Shown here: piece after piece, positions 1-9,130 of the stretch
Position numbering within the stretch: position 1 is the stretch's first letter
Layout of the letters: each line of letters opens with the position of its first letter
Source: a bacterium
GTDB lineage: Bacteria; SZUA-182; DTGQ01; JAFGSM01
Reading direction: 5' to 3'
Assembly (NCBI GenBank): GCA_049472315.1
Contig: JBLIRN010000001.1
Coordinates: 128,001 to 192,000 of the forward strand
DNA: 64,000 nucleotides
Notes under the pieces: generated by a model
What the model was told of the DNA's origin: nothing
The model's database searches: none
Seen by the model: only the letters and a program-made list of their open reading frames with translations
Program-made: the position numbers and the translations under genes

Positions 1-133
1 CCATCTGGGCATACGCGCAGACAGGGCCTCCGAGCACTCCCCTGCCTATGCATCCCGCTGCAAGGGCAACGAAAATAATCATTACTGCAATATATCGTCG
101 CATGTGCATCATACGATATGCAATCCCTTCCAT
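1..133 (-). CDS. 5' end of an exported protein or lipoprotein (runs off the window); probable next gene of the ECF/CHAT operon
   Basis: Manual translation from ATG at 133: MEGIAYRMMHMRRYIAVMIIFVALAAGCIGRG...; basic n-region, hydrophobic h-region and LAAGC lipobox-like motif; starts 42 bp after the 176..2221 gene. Confidence 0.6.
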   Translation of the reverse strand, partial: MEGIAYRMMHMRRYIAVMIIFVALAAGCIGRGVLGGPVCAYAQM

Positions 134-175
134 AACCGCATCACGTGTTCCTACCAATCATGAGACCGATGCGTA

Positions 176-2221
176 TCATTTTGTAATCACCCGGTCATCA
201 ACCTCCACACGAGGGATGTCCTTCTGCGATGCAAGCACCGCATCGGCGGTTGATTCATACACCTTCTTTATTCTCCCCTCTCCAAGGATGGTAAAACGCC
301 TCTCGGCAATCCTTTCCGAACCGGGGAGCTTTACCGGCTGATCCTCCCTGAAGAATATGATCTTCATATAGGGGAGAAGCCGGTCCTTGTTTCCGAGATC
401 AATCTGTACGGCATCCGATAGAATATTCACTACACCGCCTTCCGCCAGGGGGAATGCCTGTTTGAACTTGAGGGACAATCCCTGGGCCAGGAGCTGCACA
501 TCCTTGAGGGAGGATATCGGACCAAAGACCTCTTCGGCATCCAGGATGACGGTGGTTTCCGTATCAACCGCCCTGGCGATGATCTCCAGATAGCCGTCAT
601 AAAAATAGGCGCTTCCGGCGATGACCCCTTCGGCGGTGACCAGCCTGCCCATTTCCACACAGGAGGGATCGTCTTTCTCCTCCGTGATACGCGCGAGGAG
701 CCCGTCTATCCGCTCCCTGTCCACAACCTGGAACCGCCGCTGCTCCACGAATCCTTGAATGAGTGCATTGTAGAGAAGATCCCGTATCTCATCCCTCTCA
801 CCCAGATATTTAAAGGGGAAAATGGCCATATTCAGACGTGCCCCTATCTTTTGCACGCAATTGAGCGTTCGCTCAACATGGACCGTGGTGGTTCGCACCT
901 GCCCTGACTCGGATTCGGCCTGGACAGTGATCACGTTCTCCCCCACATCGAGGGGAACAAGAAAGTTGAAGAACACCACCTTGGCGGTTCTCGTCACCAG
1001 GGGAATGCCGTTGACACTCACCCCCGTGATCCCAGCCTGATCCCGTGCCTCTCCTTCCAGAAAGCATTCCTCCCAGTCCACGGTAATGCGCTCGGGGAGG
1101 TCCTTCAGCCGGATGGCAGGACCGGTCTCCGCGGAGGCGGATTCCCCCTCTGCGAGGGTGGCAATCATCCCCCCCAGATCATTCCCGCAATAGGCCAGAC
1201 GCGGCAGGGGTGAACCTCGGTCGGCCCCTATGCCAAAGACCTCCGCGATCATGATCTCACCGGAGGTGCTGTTCCCCAGCCCGTCCAACGCCTGGAAGGT
1301 GAGCTGAGGTTTCATATCGGCGGCATGAAGATACACGGAGAATTCACTCCCCCTGGTCTCCGCGCAATCGACACGGATTCCATTGATCCAAAAACCTGCA
1401 ACTCCGCTCATATCCGCGATATACCCATCAATGGTATATCCCCGGCCCAGATCGTCACCCATGATCCGATCGATATAGATCACCGGCGCCTCCTGATCAC
1501 ACCAGACCATGATCTCTTCCGTGCCCTTCCTGCCAACGAGGTCCGTCACCTGCGCGACGATTTTGTTCTCTCCCCTTTTGAGCTGTATGTCGGCGTGAAA
1601 GGTGATGGTGCTGCTGGAAAGTTCCACGGGGATTTCCTGATCATTGACCGAGATTGATTCGACAAATTGGTCATCCATCGCCTCCGCTGATATGGTCAGG
1701 CTGGAAAGCCTGGTCAGGTAACCTGTTTTGGGAAACGCAATATACAGCCTCGGCGATGACACATCGGCCCCTGTCTCCTGTAAAAGACTGCGTCGCGCCT
1801 CATTAAGAAAATATTTTGCCTTTGCCGACTCGAATTGACTGATGGATGCCTCAAGCTCCGCTATCGCCTCGTTGAATCTTCCCTGCTGATAGTATACGAT
1901 TCCAAGTTCGCGATGGGGGAAATAGTCGTCCAGGATGTGGAGGCCATAGGTCCTCGCCCTCCGCTGATCCTCAAACCTCCGCGTGATTGCCTCCTGAAGA
2001 TCCCTGATTGCGTGTTCCCAGTATTCGCCCTGGGCATAGGAGAGGCCGCGCTGGTAATAGTTCCACCATCGCCCCCCCCACTGTCCCTCTGTTTTCCCGT
2101 AAAGCTTACCGTCCTTCTGAAAGACTGGGCCCGGCGGAACAGCACAGTGGAGAACTACGAGCGAAAGAATCGATAGGAGTATGGAAAGGAAAACTCGTTT
2201 TGCATTATGTGGTGCCTTCAT
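176..2221 (-). CDS. Exported, probably lipo-, protein with N-terminal TPRs, Ig-like beta repeats and a C-terminal CsgG/FlgT-like module
   Basis: Signal peptide ending VVLHC; TPR motifs (YYQRGLSYAQGE, HRELGIVYYQQGRFNEAIAELE); two beta-rich repeats (...GENKIVAQVTD..G, ...GENVITVQAES..G); CsgG-like motif RFQVVDRERID; FlgT C-terminal-like end. Confidence 0.7.
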   Translation of the reverse strand: MKAPHNAKRVFLSILLSILSLVVLHCAVPPGPVFQKDGKLYGKTEGQWGGRWWNYYQRGLSYAQGEYWEHAIRDLQEAITRRFEDQRRARTYGLHILDDYFPHRELGIVYYQQGRFNEAIAELEASISQFESAKAKYFLNEARRSLLQETGADVSSPRLYIAFPKTGYLTRLSSLTISAEAMDDQFVESISVNDQEIPVELSSSTITFHADIQLKRGENKIVAQVTDLVGRKGTEEIMVWCDQEAPVIYIDRIMGDDLGRGYTIDGYIADMSGVAGFWINGIRVDCAETRGSEFSVYLHAADMKPQLTFQALDGLGNSTSGEIMIAEVFGIGADRGSPLPRLAYCGNDLGGMIATLAEGESASAETGPAIRLKDLPERITVDWEECFLEGEARDQAGITGVSVNGIPLVTRTAKVVFFNFLVPLDVGENVITVQAESESGQVRTTTVHVERTLNCVQKIGARLNMAIFPFKYLGERDEIRDLLYNALIQGFVEQRRFQVVDRERIDGLLARITEEKDDPSCVEMGRLVTAEGVIAGSAYFYDGYLEIIARAVDTETTVILDAEEVFGPISSLKDVQLLAQGLSLKFKQAFPLAEGGVVNILSDAVQIDLGNKDRLLPYMKIIFFREDQPVKLPGSERIAERRFTILGEGRIKKVYESTADAVLASQKDIPRVEVDDRVITK

Positions 2222-2270
2222 GTCATGTCTATATCCAAATTTTTTAATTCTATCCGGATTATTATACCGG

Positions 2271-4499
2271 TTACATCCTTTGCACGGTGACCTTCATCCC
2301 CGCGGAGAGGTCGTCCGTGCGATCAATAACCTCGGCATAGGAGAAATCCTCCCTGACCTCGATAACCTTCAGAGAGGCAACGGATACCTGATCGGTGGCA
2401 AGCGGCTCTCCCTGTGAGCTGAGGATCTCCTGATCCTTCAGCGCTGACATTCTCATTCCCTCCTCCGCCCCCTGACGATATCCGATGTTGAGCATAACCT
2501 TTTGATCGCTGAAGAAATGTTTTATCCTGCCCTGCAGGGGGAATGCCTCCCCTATCGCTGTGAGGAATTTCTCCGCCAATCCCTTTGCCACCATATCCAG
2601 ATCGCGCGATTCGGTCCATGTCTCGCTCAGGGCGGCCTCGACCTTTGAGGTCTCGCTTGCGATGATCCTGACATTCGCCTGCCAGGTATCTTCCATCCGG
2701 CCGACACTGAATATGGTGAAAAGGTTCCCTGATATGATCTGCCCTAATTTAAGCGTATGGTCAGGATCGGCAAGCGGTGAGGACCCGATATCCAGTTCCT
2801 TGAGAAGGGTCAACAGGTATTCCCGTTCGATAATCGTGATACGGGAATCCTTGCCGAGACGTTGCATCAGCCTATGCACCAGGCTCTCAGCCGTTGCACT
2901 GTTCCTGACATTGTCATTGCCGCCCGGTTCCCTGGCCACGAAAAACAGGGCAACCGGCCTTGATGTCCATATATCATGTTCTTTCTTCGTTTGAGCGGCA
3001 TCGCCCGGATATTTCTCCATCAACCGCTGGAAAAAATCCACCATCTGGTCATCCGACGCCATCCCTGCCTCAACCAGGGTCTTCAGGTTCTGCAATTCCT
3101 CAGGCCCGTGTGTGGGCGATAGAACGGCGTTGCCGGGCCGCGAATTTCTCGCGCGAATTGTATACTGAATAGCGCCGAAAACGAGAAAAAGCCCTATGAA
3201 AATCCCTGCAGCAGCCCAAAAAAGCCTTTTTGAAAGCCCCCTTCGGGAACGTTCGGCACCATCGCCCACGCCTTTCTTTGATCGCCACCCGTATGCCCCG
3301 TTATCACCCTTGGCAGCCGAACGGGTACGCAGGCCGTTTTTCTGTATATAGGTTTCCTGGATCCTTTGGGGAGACGGCGTGGTTGCCCCGGCACCGGCCA
3401 GGATGCCCTCCTCCGCTTCCTCCTCCTTCTTGAAATAGCGCACACCCGGGTCTCCATACAAAAGGTAACTGGCCCAGAGGATATTCCCCTCGCCATACCT
3501 TTCCCGAAGCGCCAGCCGGGCAGAACGCATGGACTCCCCAATGGAGGCACCCTCTATGAGGTGGTTGTAAAACTCCATGGCGAAATTCGTGCTCGGCTCG
3601 TCCAGCACCTTCCAGAAGGTTCCGATGTAATGCTGCACCCCTGAGAGGAGAAAGGCATTCGCCAGGCCATAGATCTTCGCCTCTCCCTCTTCGTCAACCC
3701 TCCACTCCTCGGTTTGACCGGACTGGCATGCATTGGAGAACACCATCCATGGCAGCGGGTTACTTCCCCCCATCTTTCTGATGTCGAGGGTAGTAAACTT
3801 CCCATCCTCCAGGAGCCATCCGCTCTTGCTGGGACTGTCAAGGTCGTAGTCGGCATGCCCGGCATAGTGGATGAGATCATAGTTGAACAGCCTCTTCTTG
3901 AGAAAATCCCTGCTCACCTCGCTGGTGACCAGGGTAACCTTGACCGTGTCGCTCTGCAGTTGGTCACGGATCCTCTTCCCCTCCTCATAGGAGGCCCTGA
4001 GGTCGCTTCGGGGATCGGCGATAACGAGGATCCTGAGCGGGAAACTGGGGCGTGACTCCCTCCGTTTGTCCACGATCTGCTGCGTTTTGACCATTCTTCC
4101 GATATTGAACTTCTCGCACAGGAAGTGCTCTCCATCAAACAGCAGTTCCCATGGCACGTGCACCAGCGTATTGTCAATCCTCAATACCAGGTCGGAAGGT
4201 GGACAGTCAAAGAGTTGTGTTTTTATGGAAAGAGGAAATATCTCGTTATAGAGGACCCTCCCCATCTGCTGCATCTCTTCGATGACGGAGGTGGGGATGG
4301 CGCCCCTGCGGGATACCATATTCAATAGATGCATCAGTTCATTGCATCTTTTGCTCAATTCATCGGGTGATACCGGGGACTCCTCATAGTGGGTAAGGGT
4401 TTGCTCACCCTTTGAGAGACTGCTCTCGAGGTGTGGCCCCTTTCGTATAATTTCCAAATAGACGACCTGTTTCATAAGAGACTCGTCCTTTTTTATCAT
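2271..4499 (-). CDS. CHAT (caspase-fold, clan CD) protease with one TM helix and an extracytoplasmic CsgG/FlgT-like domain
   Basis: CHAT motifs LVHVPWELL, IHYAGHA (His), FSNACQSG (Cys), IGTFWKV, WASYLLYGDP; TM LFWAAAGIFIGLFLVFGAI; CsgG-like RITIIERE...LKELDIG. Confidence 0.85.
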   Translation of the reverse strand: MIKKDESLMKQVVYLEIIRKGPHLESSLSKGEQTLTHYEESPVSPDELSKRCNELMHLLNMVSRRGAIPTSVIEEMQQMGRVLYNEIFPLSIKTQLFDCPPSDLVLRIDNTLVHVPWELLFDGEHFLCEKFNIGRMVKTQQIVDKRRESRPSFPLRILVIADPRSDLRASYEEGKRIRDQLQSDTVKVTLVTSEVSRDFLKKRLFNYDLIHYAGHADYDLDSPSKSGWLLEDGKFTTLDIRKMGGSNPLPWMVFSNACQSGQTEEWRVDEEGEAKIYGLANAFLLSGVQHYIGTFWKVLDEPSTNFAMEFYNHLIEGASIGESMRSARLALRERYGEGNILWASYLLYGDPGVRYFKKEEEAEEGILAGAGATTPSPQRIQETYIQKNGLRTRSAAKGDNGAYGWRSKKGVGDGAERSRRGLSKRLFWAAAGIFIGLFLVFGAIQYTIRARNSRPGNAVLSPTHGPEELQNLKTLVEAGMASDDQMVDFFQRLMEKYPGDAAQTKKEHDIWTSRPVALFFVAREPGGNDNVRNSATAESLVHRLMQRLGKDSRITIIEREYLLTLLKELDIGSSPLADPDHTLKLGQIISGNLFTIFSVGRMEDTWQANVRIIASETSKVEAALSETWTESRDLDMVAKGLAEKFLTAIGEAFPLQGRIKHFFSDQKVMLNIGYRQGAEEGMRMSALKDQEILSSQGEPLATDQVSVASLKVIEVREDFSYAEVIDRTDDLSAGMKVTVQRM

Positions 4500-4560
4500 T
4501 TTTCATTACATGAGATGGAACGTGCCGATCATATCGAGACAGCGCCGCATCCGCCCTGGC

Positions 4561-5274
4561 TTAGTCTTCCTTCCGTAAATCCAGGCTCACCGTCCCGATC
4601 TCTTGGCCTTCATGGATGATCTTAATGACATATTGCTTGAGCTTGATGTAAAAGACGGCCTCACTATCGTCAACCGAATTCAATTCCCGGCTCAGTGAAG
4701 AAAGGATCAATCTCATATTGACAGGTGCGGAATCGGTTTTGGTATCGAGGGTGTTCACCATCAGCTTATACGACCCGTTCACGCGCTCGACCTGAACATT
4801 GACTGTAATGTTGCCGAAGGGTTTCTTGACCTCGACATAATCCGTCTTTCCCCGTACCTCGGTCTGACCTTCCCCCCTGACCGGTTCGAGCATAGGGGCG
4901 GGAGAGAGGATGATACCGGTGTGTCGAATGATGTGGATCGTCTCAATGGCGAAACCAAGCACCAGCTCCAGGCAATTCGGTCTGGTCTCCGGAACGAGGT
5001 CTCGTACCCTGTCCAACAATCGCTGCGGGAGGGGAACCTGTTCCTCGGAGCGCATGGCCCTCAGGATCATCATCCTGTCAAAGCATACGGAACAATCGGC
5101 AAGGTGCGCCTCCACCTCTTCCCTCTGTACGGGTGGTGATCGATGATCAAGGTAATCCTCGAGCATTTCTTCAGGAATACAGTTGCGGTCGGGAAGGGCG
5201 GGGGTTCTGAGCGACGGCTTTCTTTTCTGGACCCCGGCTATCAAGGCGTCTAACTTCTCAAGCTCCTTGTTCAT
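4561..5274 (-). CDS. Soluble zinc-finger (zf-HC2/ZAS) anti-sigma factor
   Basis: C..EEMLEDYLD...VEAHLADCSVC (HxxxCxxC); directly downstream of the ECF sigma gene; no TM helix; GGAG upstream of ATG 5274 (track start 5304). Confidence 0.8.
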   Translation of the reverse strand: MNKELEKLDALIAGVQKRKPSLRTPALPDRNCIPEEMLEDYLDHRSPPVQREEVEAHLADCSVCFDRMMILRAMRSEEQVPLPQRLLDRVRDLVPETRPNCLELVLGFAIETIHIIRHTGIILSPAPMLEPVRGEGQTEVRGKTDYVEVKKPFGNITVNVQVERVNGSYKLMVNTLDTKTDSAPVNMRLILSSLSRELNSVDDSEAVFYIKLKQYVIKIIHEGQEIGTVSLDLRKED

Positions 5275-5535
5275 TGGGTTTCTCCACGAGGAATATGGTA
5301 TCAATGCCTCCGTTTAAAGGAACATTGCTTACCAGATCTCCTCACATCGGTTAAGATTGTAAAATCCTGCAAATCTCTGCAATCCTTGCAAACTTTTATA
5401 TAACAGGCCTCATAAAGACCCATTGCTAACCAATCCTTGTTTGAACCTTTCGACATAATGCGCCTCATGTATCACGAAATGTTTCACTAACCCTACCGTG
5501 CTGTCTTGTTTCATCTGTATAGACGCAGCACATTA

Positions 5536-6153
5536 TCATTCACTTATGAATTTTTTAAGCTCATAATATAAATTCTTTTTCTTTGCTATTTTAATAAGGT
5601 TGTTAATCATGCGGAATTTCAATTGATGTACCGCGTTGAGCTTCAGCTCAAGGATTTCGGCGACCTGAGCCAACTCGTGCCCCTCCTCGTAAATCAACTT
5701 GAAGATGTATTTATGTCGTTCAGGGAGTTCATTTTTCAAACATGCGATGATTTCTTTGAGCTCTCTGCGATCGAGTCCCTCATATTTATCATCGTCTGAA
5801 ACGAAGTATTGTATTTGCTCCAATTCTATAAAGTTCTTCTGTTCCCTGAGAAAGTCTATGGAGATATGGAAGCTGATCTCCCTCAGGTAGGCGCCGAACG
5901 ATCGTTCATTCTGACCGCGAAAATTCCTCAATCGCCGGCATTTTTTGTCCAGAAGGGCCAGGAAGATTCGATTGAAGATCTCGTCGACCTCGTCATTCTG
6001 AAAAAAATAATTGTACCTCTTGAGCGTGCGTATGATGTAGTTGTATATCAGATTGGAATACTTATTGATAAAGATATCCCAGGCATCCTTTTCCTTGTCG
6101 GCGCATTTATTCAGGAATTCAAGAAATTCGATATCCGTCTGTGTCGTGTTCAT
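5536..6153 (-). CDS. ECF-type sigma-70 factor
   Basis: Region 2 (AWDIFINKYSNLIY...VDEIFNRIFLAL...FGAYLREISFHISIDFLR) and region 4 (LPERHKYIFKLIYEEGHELAQVAEIL); noticeably AT-rich. Confidence 0.85.
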   Translation of the reverse strand: MNTTQTDIEFLEFLNKCADKEKDAWDIFINKYSNLIYNYIIRTLKRYNYFFQNDEVDEIFNRIFLALLDKKCRRLRNFRGQNERSFGAYLREISFHISIDFLREQKNFIELEQIQYFVSDDDKYEGLDRRELKEIIACLKNELPERHKYIFKLIYEEGHELAQVAEILELKLNAVHQLKFRMINNLIKIAKKKNLYYELKKFISE

Positions 6154-6725
6154 GCTCTCGCAACCTCCGGGTTAATAGAATTGTTCGAGCAAATTATATC
6201 ATAATGCACATTTTATGCAATTTTTCTCTCTATCCATCGAAAAAATAAATTTCGTCGAAACCCCTTTCATTTTCAGGGGGTTTTCTATAAGCAGAGGGGC
6301 AGAGTGCCTGTGGTGCCTGTTTGAAAATCCCTCAATATATCATATAGTTTATACAGGAGATAGCATCCTCCGCACCTACCCCACCACCAATCATCGGTCC
6401 CTCCTGCGCAATAGTGAAAATTACGAGAGAGGACAGGCACTATTCATTCCCCGCCCGAATGGATCGAGTACGTATCGCTAATTCTAAAAATGCGTTATAC
6501 TTTCCAAAGAAATGAGCATATTTCAGATACGTCCGCATCAGGATAACGGATCCGGCATTGTTCGGACGATTTATTTATGATACTATAGTTCTATTTTAGA
6601 AAACAGGCGTGGCCCAATGTGCGAGAGCCAGGCAGGATTTGCGCCCGGGTTTACAGGGTCCGACACAGAATTTCTACACGCTGTGCTCTTTAATTAAAAT
6701 ACCGTTCTAAAAATGGAGGGATACT

Positions 6726-8489
6726 ATGCCTTTAGATCCGAGAAATCATAAGGACTGGGAAATCGCGGAAGAAGCAGAAGGCAGAATGAAAACTGTGTTT
6801 GAGCTTGCAGAGGTGCTCGGCCTGGAAAAAGAAGAACTCATCCCCATGGGGCATTACCTGGGAAAGGTGGACTTCGCCGCCATACTCAAAAGGTTACAAA
6901 ACAAGCCGAACGGCAAATACATCGATGTAACCGCCATTACCCCGACCCCACTCGGCGAGGGGAAGAGCACCACCACCATGGGGCTGGTGCAGGGGCTCGG
7001 GAAAAAGGGGATAAGGGTCATGGGCGCCATCCGCCAGCCGTCGGGAGGACCGACCTTCAACATCAAGGGAAGCGCAGCCGGGGGCGGCCTGGCCCAATGC
7101 ATCCCCCTTACCCCTTTCTCCCTCGGTCTGACCGGGGATATCGACAAGGTGACCAACGCCCATAATCTCGCCATGGTGGCGCTGACTTCACGTATGCAGC
7201 ACGAGGAAAACTACGACAACGCGCAGCTTGCCAAGCGAAACCTGAAGCGGCTGGATATCGATGCCAAAAACATCGAGATGCGCTGGATCATGGATTTTTG
7301 CGCCCAGGCGCTGCGGGACATCACCATCGGGCACGGCGGAAAGATGGACGGGGTACTGATGCAATCCGGTTTTGCCATCTCGGTGAGTTCCGAGATCATG
7401 GCAATCCTCGCCGTATCCACCAGCCTGAAGGATATGCGGGAGCGCATGGGCAGGATCGTGGTTGCCTATAACAGGAAGGGGGATCCCATTACCACCGCGG
7501 ACCTGGAGGTCGATGGGGCCATGACCGCATGGATGGTCCAGGCCCTGAATCCGAACCTGATGCAATCCCTGGAAGGGCAGCCGGTACTGGTGCACGCCGG
7601 CCCCTTTGCCAATATCGCCATCGGCCAGTCCTCCATCGTCGCGGACCAGGTGGCACTGAAGCTCTCCGACTATCTGATTACCGAGAGCGGCTTCGGCGCC
7701 GACATCGGGTTCGAGAAATTCTGGAACCTCAAGTGCCGGTTCAGCGGCCTCACGCCTCACTGCGCCGTTATCGTGGCCACGGTCAGGGCGTTGAAGATGC
7801 ACGGCGGAGGACCGAGGGTGGCTCCCGGAAAGCCGCTCGATGACGAGTACATTTCAGAGAACGTGGGACTCGTTGAAAAGGGGTGTGAAAACCTGATCGC
7901 CCACATAGAGACCGTAAAAAAGGCAGGGATCAATCCGGTGGTCTGCATCAACTCCTTCCATACCGATACCAAGGCGGAGATCGCCGCCATCCGGCGCATA
8001 GCCGAGGCAACGGGCGCGCGGGTGGCCTTGTCCGAGCATTGGCTCAAGGGTGGAGCAGGGGCACTCGAGCTGGCGGATGCGGTGATCGAGGCATGCAAGG
8101 AGGAGAATCACTTCAGGTTCCTCTACGAGCAGGATACGCCGCTCGAGGAAAGGATAAGGCTCCTTGCAACCGAGGTATATGGCGCATCGGATGTCAGCTA
8201 TACCCCCGAGGCCATGGCCAAGGTGGAGAGGATACAGAAAAGCCCGGAGATCTCGAAGCTGGGCACCTGTATGGTGAAGACCCACCTGAGCCTTACCCAT
8301 GATCCGAATCTCAAGGGCCGGCCCAAGGGATGGACCCTCCCCATCCGCGACATCTTGATGTACAAGGGGGCGGGATTCGTTGTGCCGGTGGCCGGGGCCA
8401 TCAAACTGATGCCGGGAACGTCATCCGACCCGGCATTCCGCAGGATCGACGTGGATGTGAAAACCGGCAAGGTGAAGGGATTGTTCTAA
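6726..8489 (+). CDS. fhs: Formate--tetrahydrofolate ligase
   Basis: [52 protein letters not shown] motifs; GGAGG RBS. Confidence 0.97.
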   Translation: MPLDPRNHKDWEIAEEAEGRMKTVFELAEVLGLEKEELIPMGHYLGKVDFAAILKRLQNKPNGKYIDVTAITPTPLGEGKSTTTMGLVQGLGKKGIRVMGAIRQPSGGPTFNIKGSAAGGGLAQCIPLTPFSLGLTGDIDKVTNAHNLAMVALTSRMQHEENYDNAQLAKRNLKRLDIDAKNIEMRWIMDFCAQALRDITIGHGGKMDGVLMQSGFAISVSSEIMAILAVSTSLKDMRERMGRIVVAYNRKGDPITTADLEVDGAMTAWMVQALNPNLMQSLEGQPVLVHAGPFANIAIGQSSIVADQVALKLSDYLITESGFGADIGFEKFWNLKCRFSGLTPHCAVIVATVRALKMHGGGPRVAPGKPLDDEYISENVGLVEKGCENLIAHIETVKKAGINPVVCINSFHTDTKAEIAAIRRIAEATGARVALSEHWLKGGAGALELADAVIEACKEENHFRFLYEQDTPLEERIRLLATEVYGASDVSYTPEAMAKVERIQKSPEISKLGTCMVKTHLSLTHDPNLKGRPKGWTLPIRDILMYKGAGFVVPVAGAIKLMPGTSSDPAFRRIDVDVKTGKVKGLF

Positions 8490-8513
8490 TCTGTTATTGA
8501 CAGGAATACGCAC

Positions 8514-8554
8514 ACCGGAGGGATCGCTTGCAGGTCCCTCCGGTTTTTTATTTT
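8514..8554 (+). terminator. Rho-independent terminator after fhs
   Basis: ACCGGAGGGA...TCCCTCCGGT stem followed by a T run. Confidence 0.85.
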
Positions 8555-8662
8555 GAGGACAGGGCGGATTTCCGCTGTTTTATGTATCGCAACGGACCCA
8601 CGCCGTATAGGGACTTTCATCCGGGGGGAATTATATGGAGGGGAAGAGGTGTTGTTTGACGC

Positions 8663-9130
8663 TTACCGCCACATATAGTCGAGCATTCCCGAAAACTTCG
8701 CGTTCATGTCCCTGAGAAGGGAACCGATGACCAGGGCGATCCTCCGCATGAACTTGTATCCACACGCGGGATTGCGCTCAGCAAGCGCGTCGAACGCCTC
8801 CTTGGTGAGGATCACCAGTTCCGTGGGATTCATTGCCGTGGCGGTGGCGGATCGCGCGCGTCCGTCCATCAGCGAAAGCTCTCCGAAGAAATCATTCTGC
8901 CTCAGGATGGTCAGCACCATGTCCTCTTCCCCGTGGCCATGGACCTTTCTCGTTATCCTTATATCCCCCTTTTTTATGACATAGAGGGTTCCACCCGGCT
9001 CGCCCTCACGCATAATGACCTCACCCGGCCGGTACTCCTGGAGGTCGCAGATGCGCGCCACTTCCTCCATCTCTGCGGGATTGAGGTCATAGAAAATGGG
9101 CAGATTTCTTACGATATCGACATCAATCAT
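8663..9130 (-). CDS. Stand-alone cyclic-nucleotide-binding (CAP_ED) protein with no HTH
   Basis: [38 protein letters not shown]; 155 aa; ATGA overlap with the FDH stop. Confidence 0.88.
   Translation of the reverse strand: MIDVDIVRNLPIFYDLNPAEMEEVARICDLQEYRPGEVIMREGEPGGTLYVIKKGDIRITRKVHGHGEEDMVLTILRQNDFFGELSLMDGRARSATATAMNPTELVILTKEAFDALAERNPACGYKFMRRIALVIGSLLRDMNAKFSGMLDYMWR

Noticed and set aside
2271..6153. Type III-E CRISPR (Craspase) or gasdermin defence locus
   Set aside because: No Cas7-11, array or gasdermin in the window; the CHAT protein is membrane-anchored with a periplasmic domain
6200..6725. ZTP or THF riboswitch upstream of fhs, and the 6215..6481 ORF
   Set aside because: I could not find the consensus elements by eye (an Rfam scan would settle it); the ORF has no recognisable features
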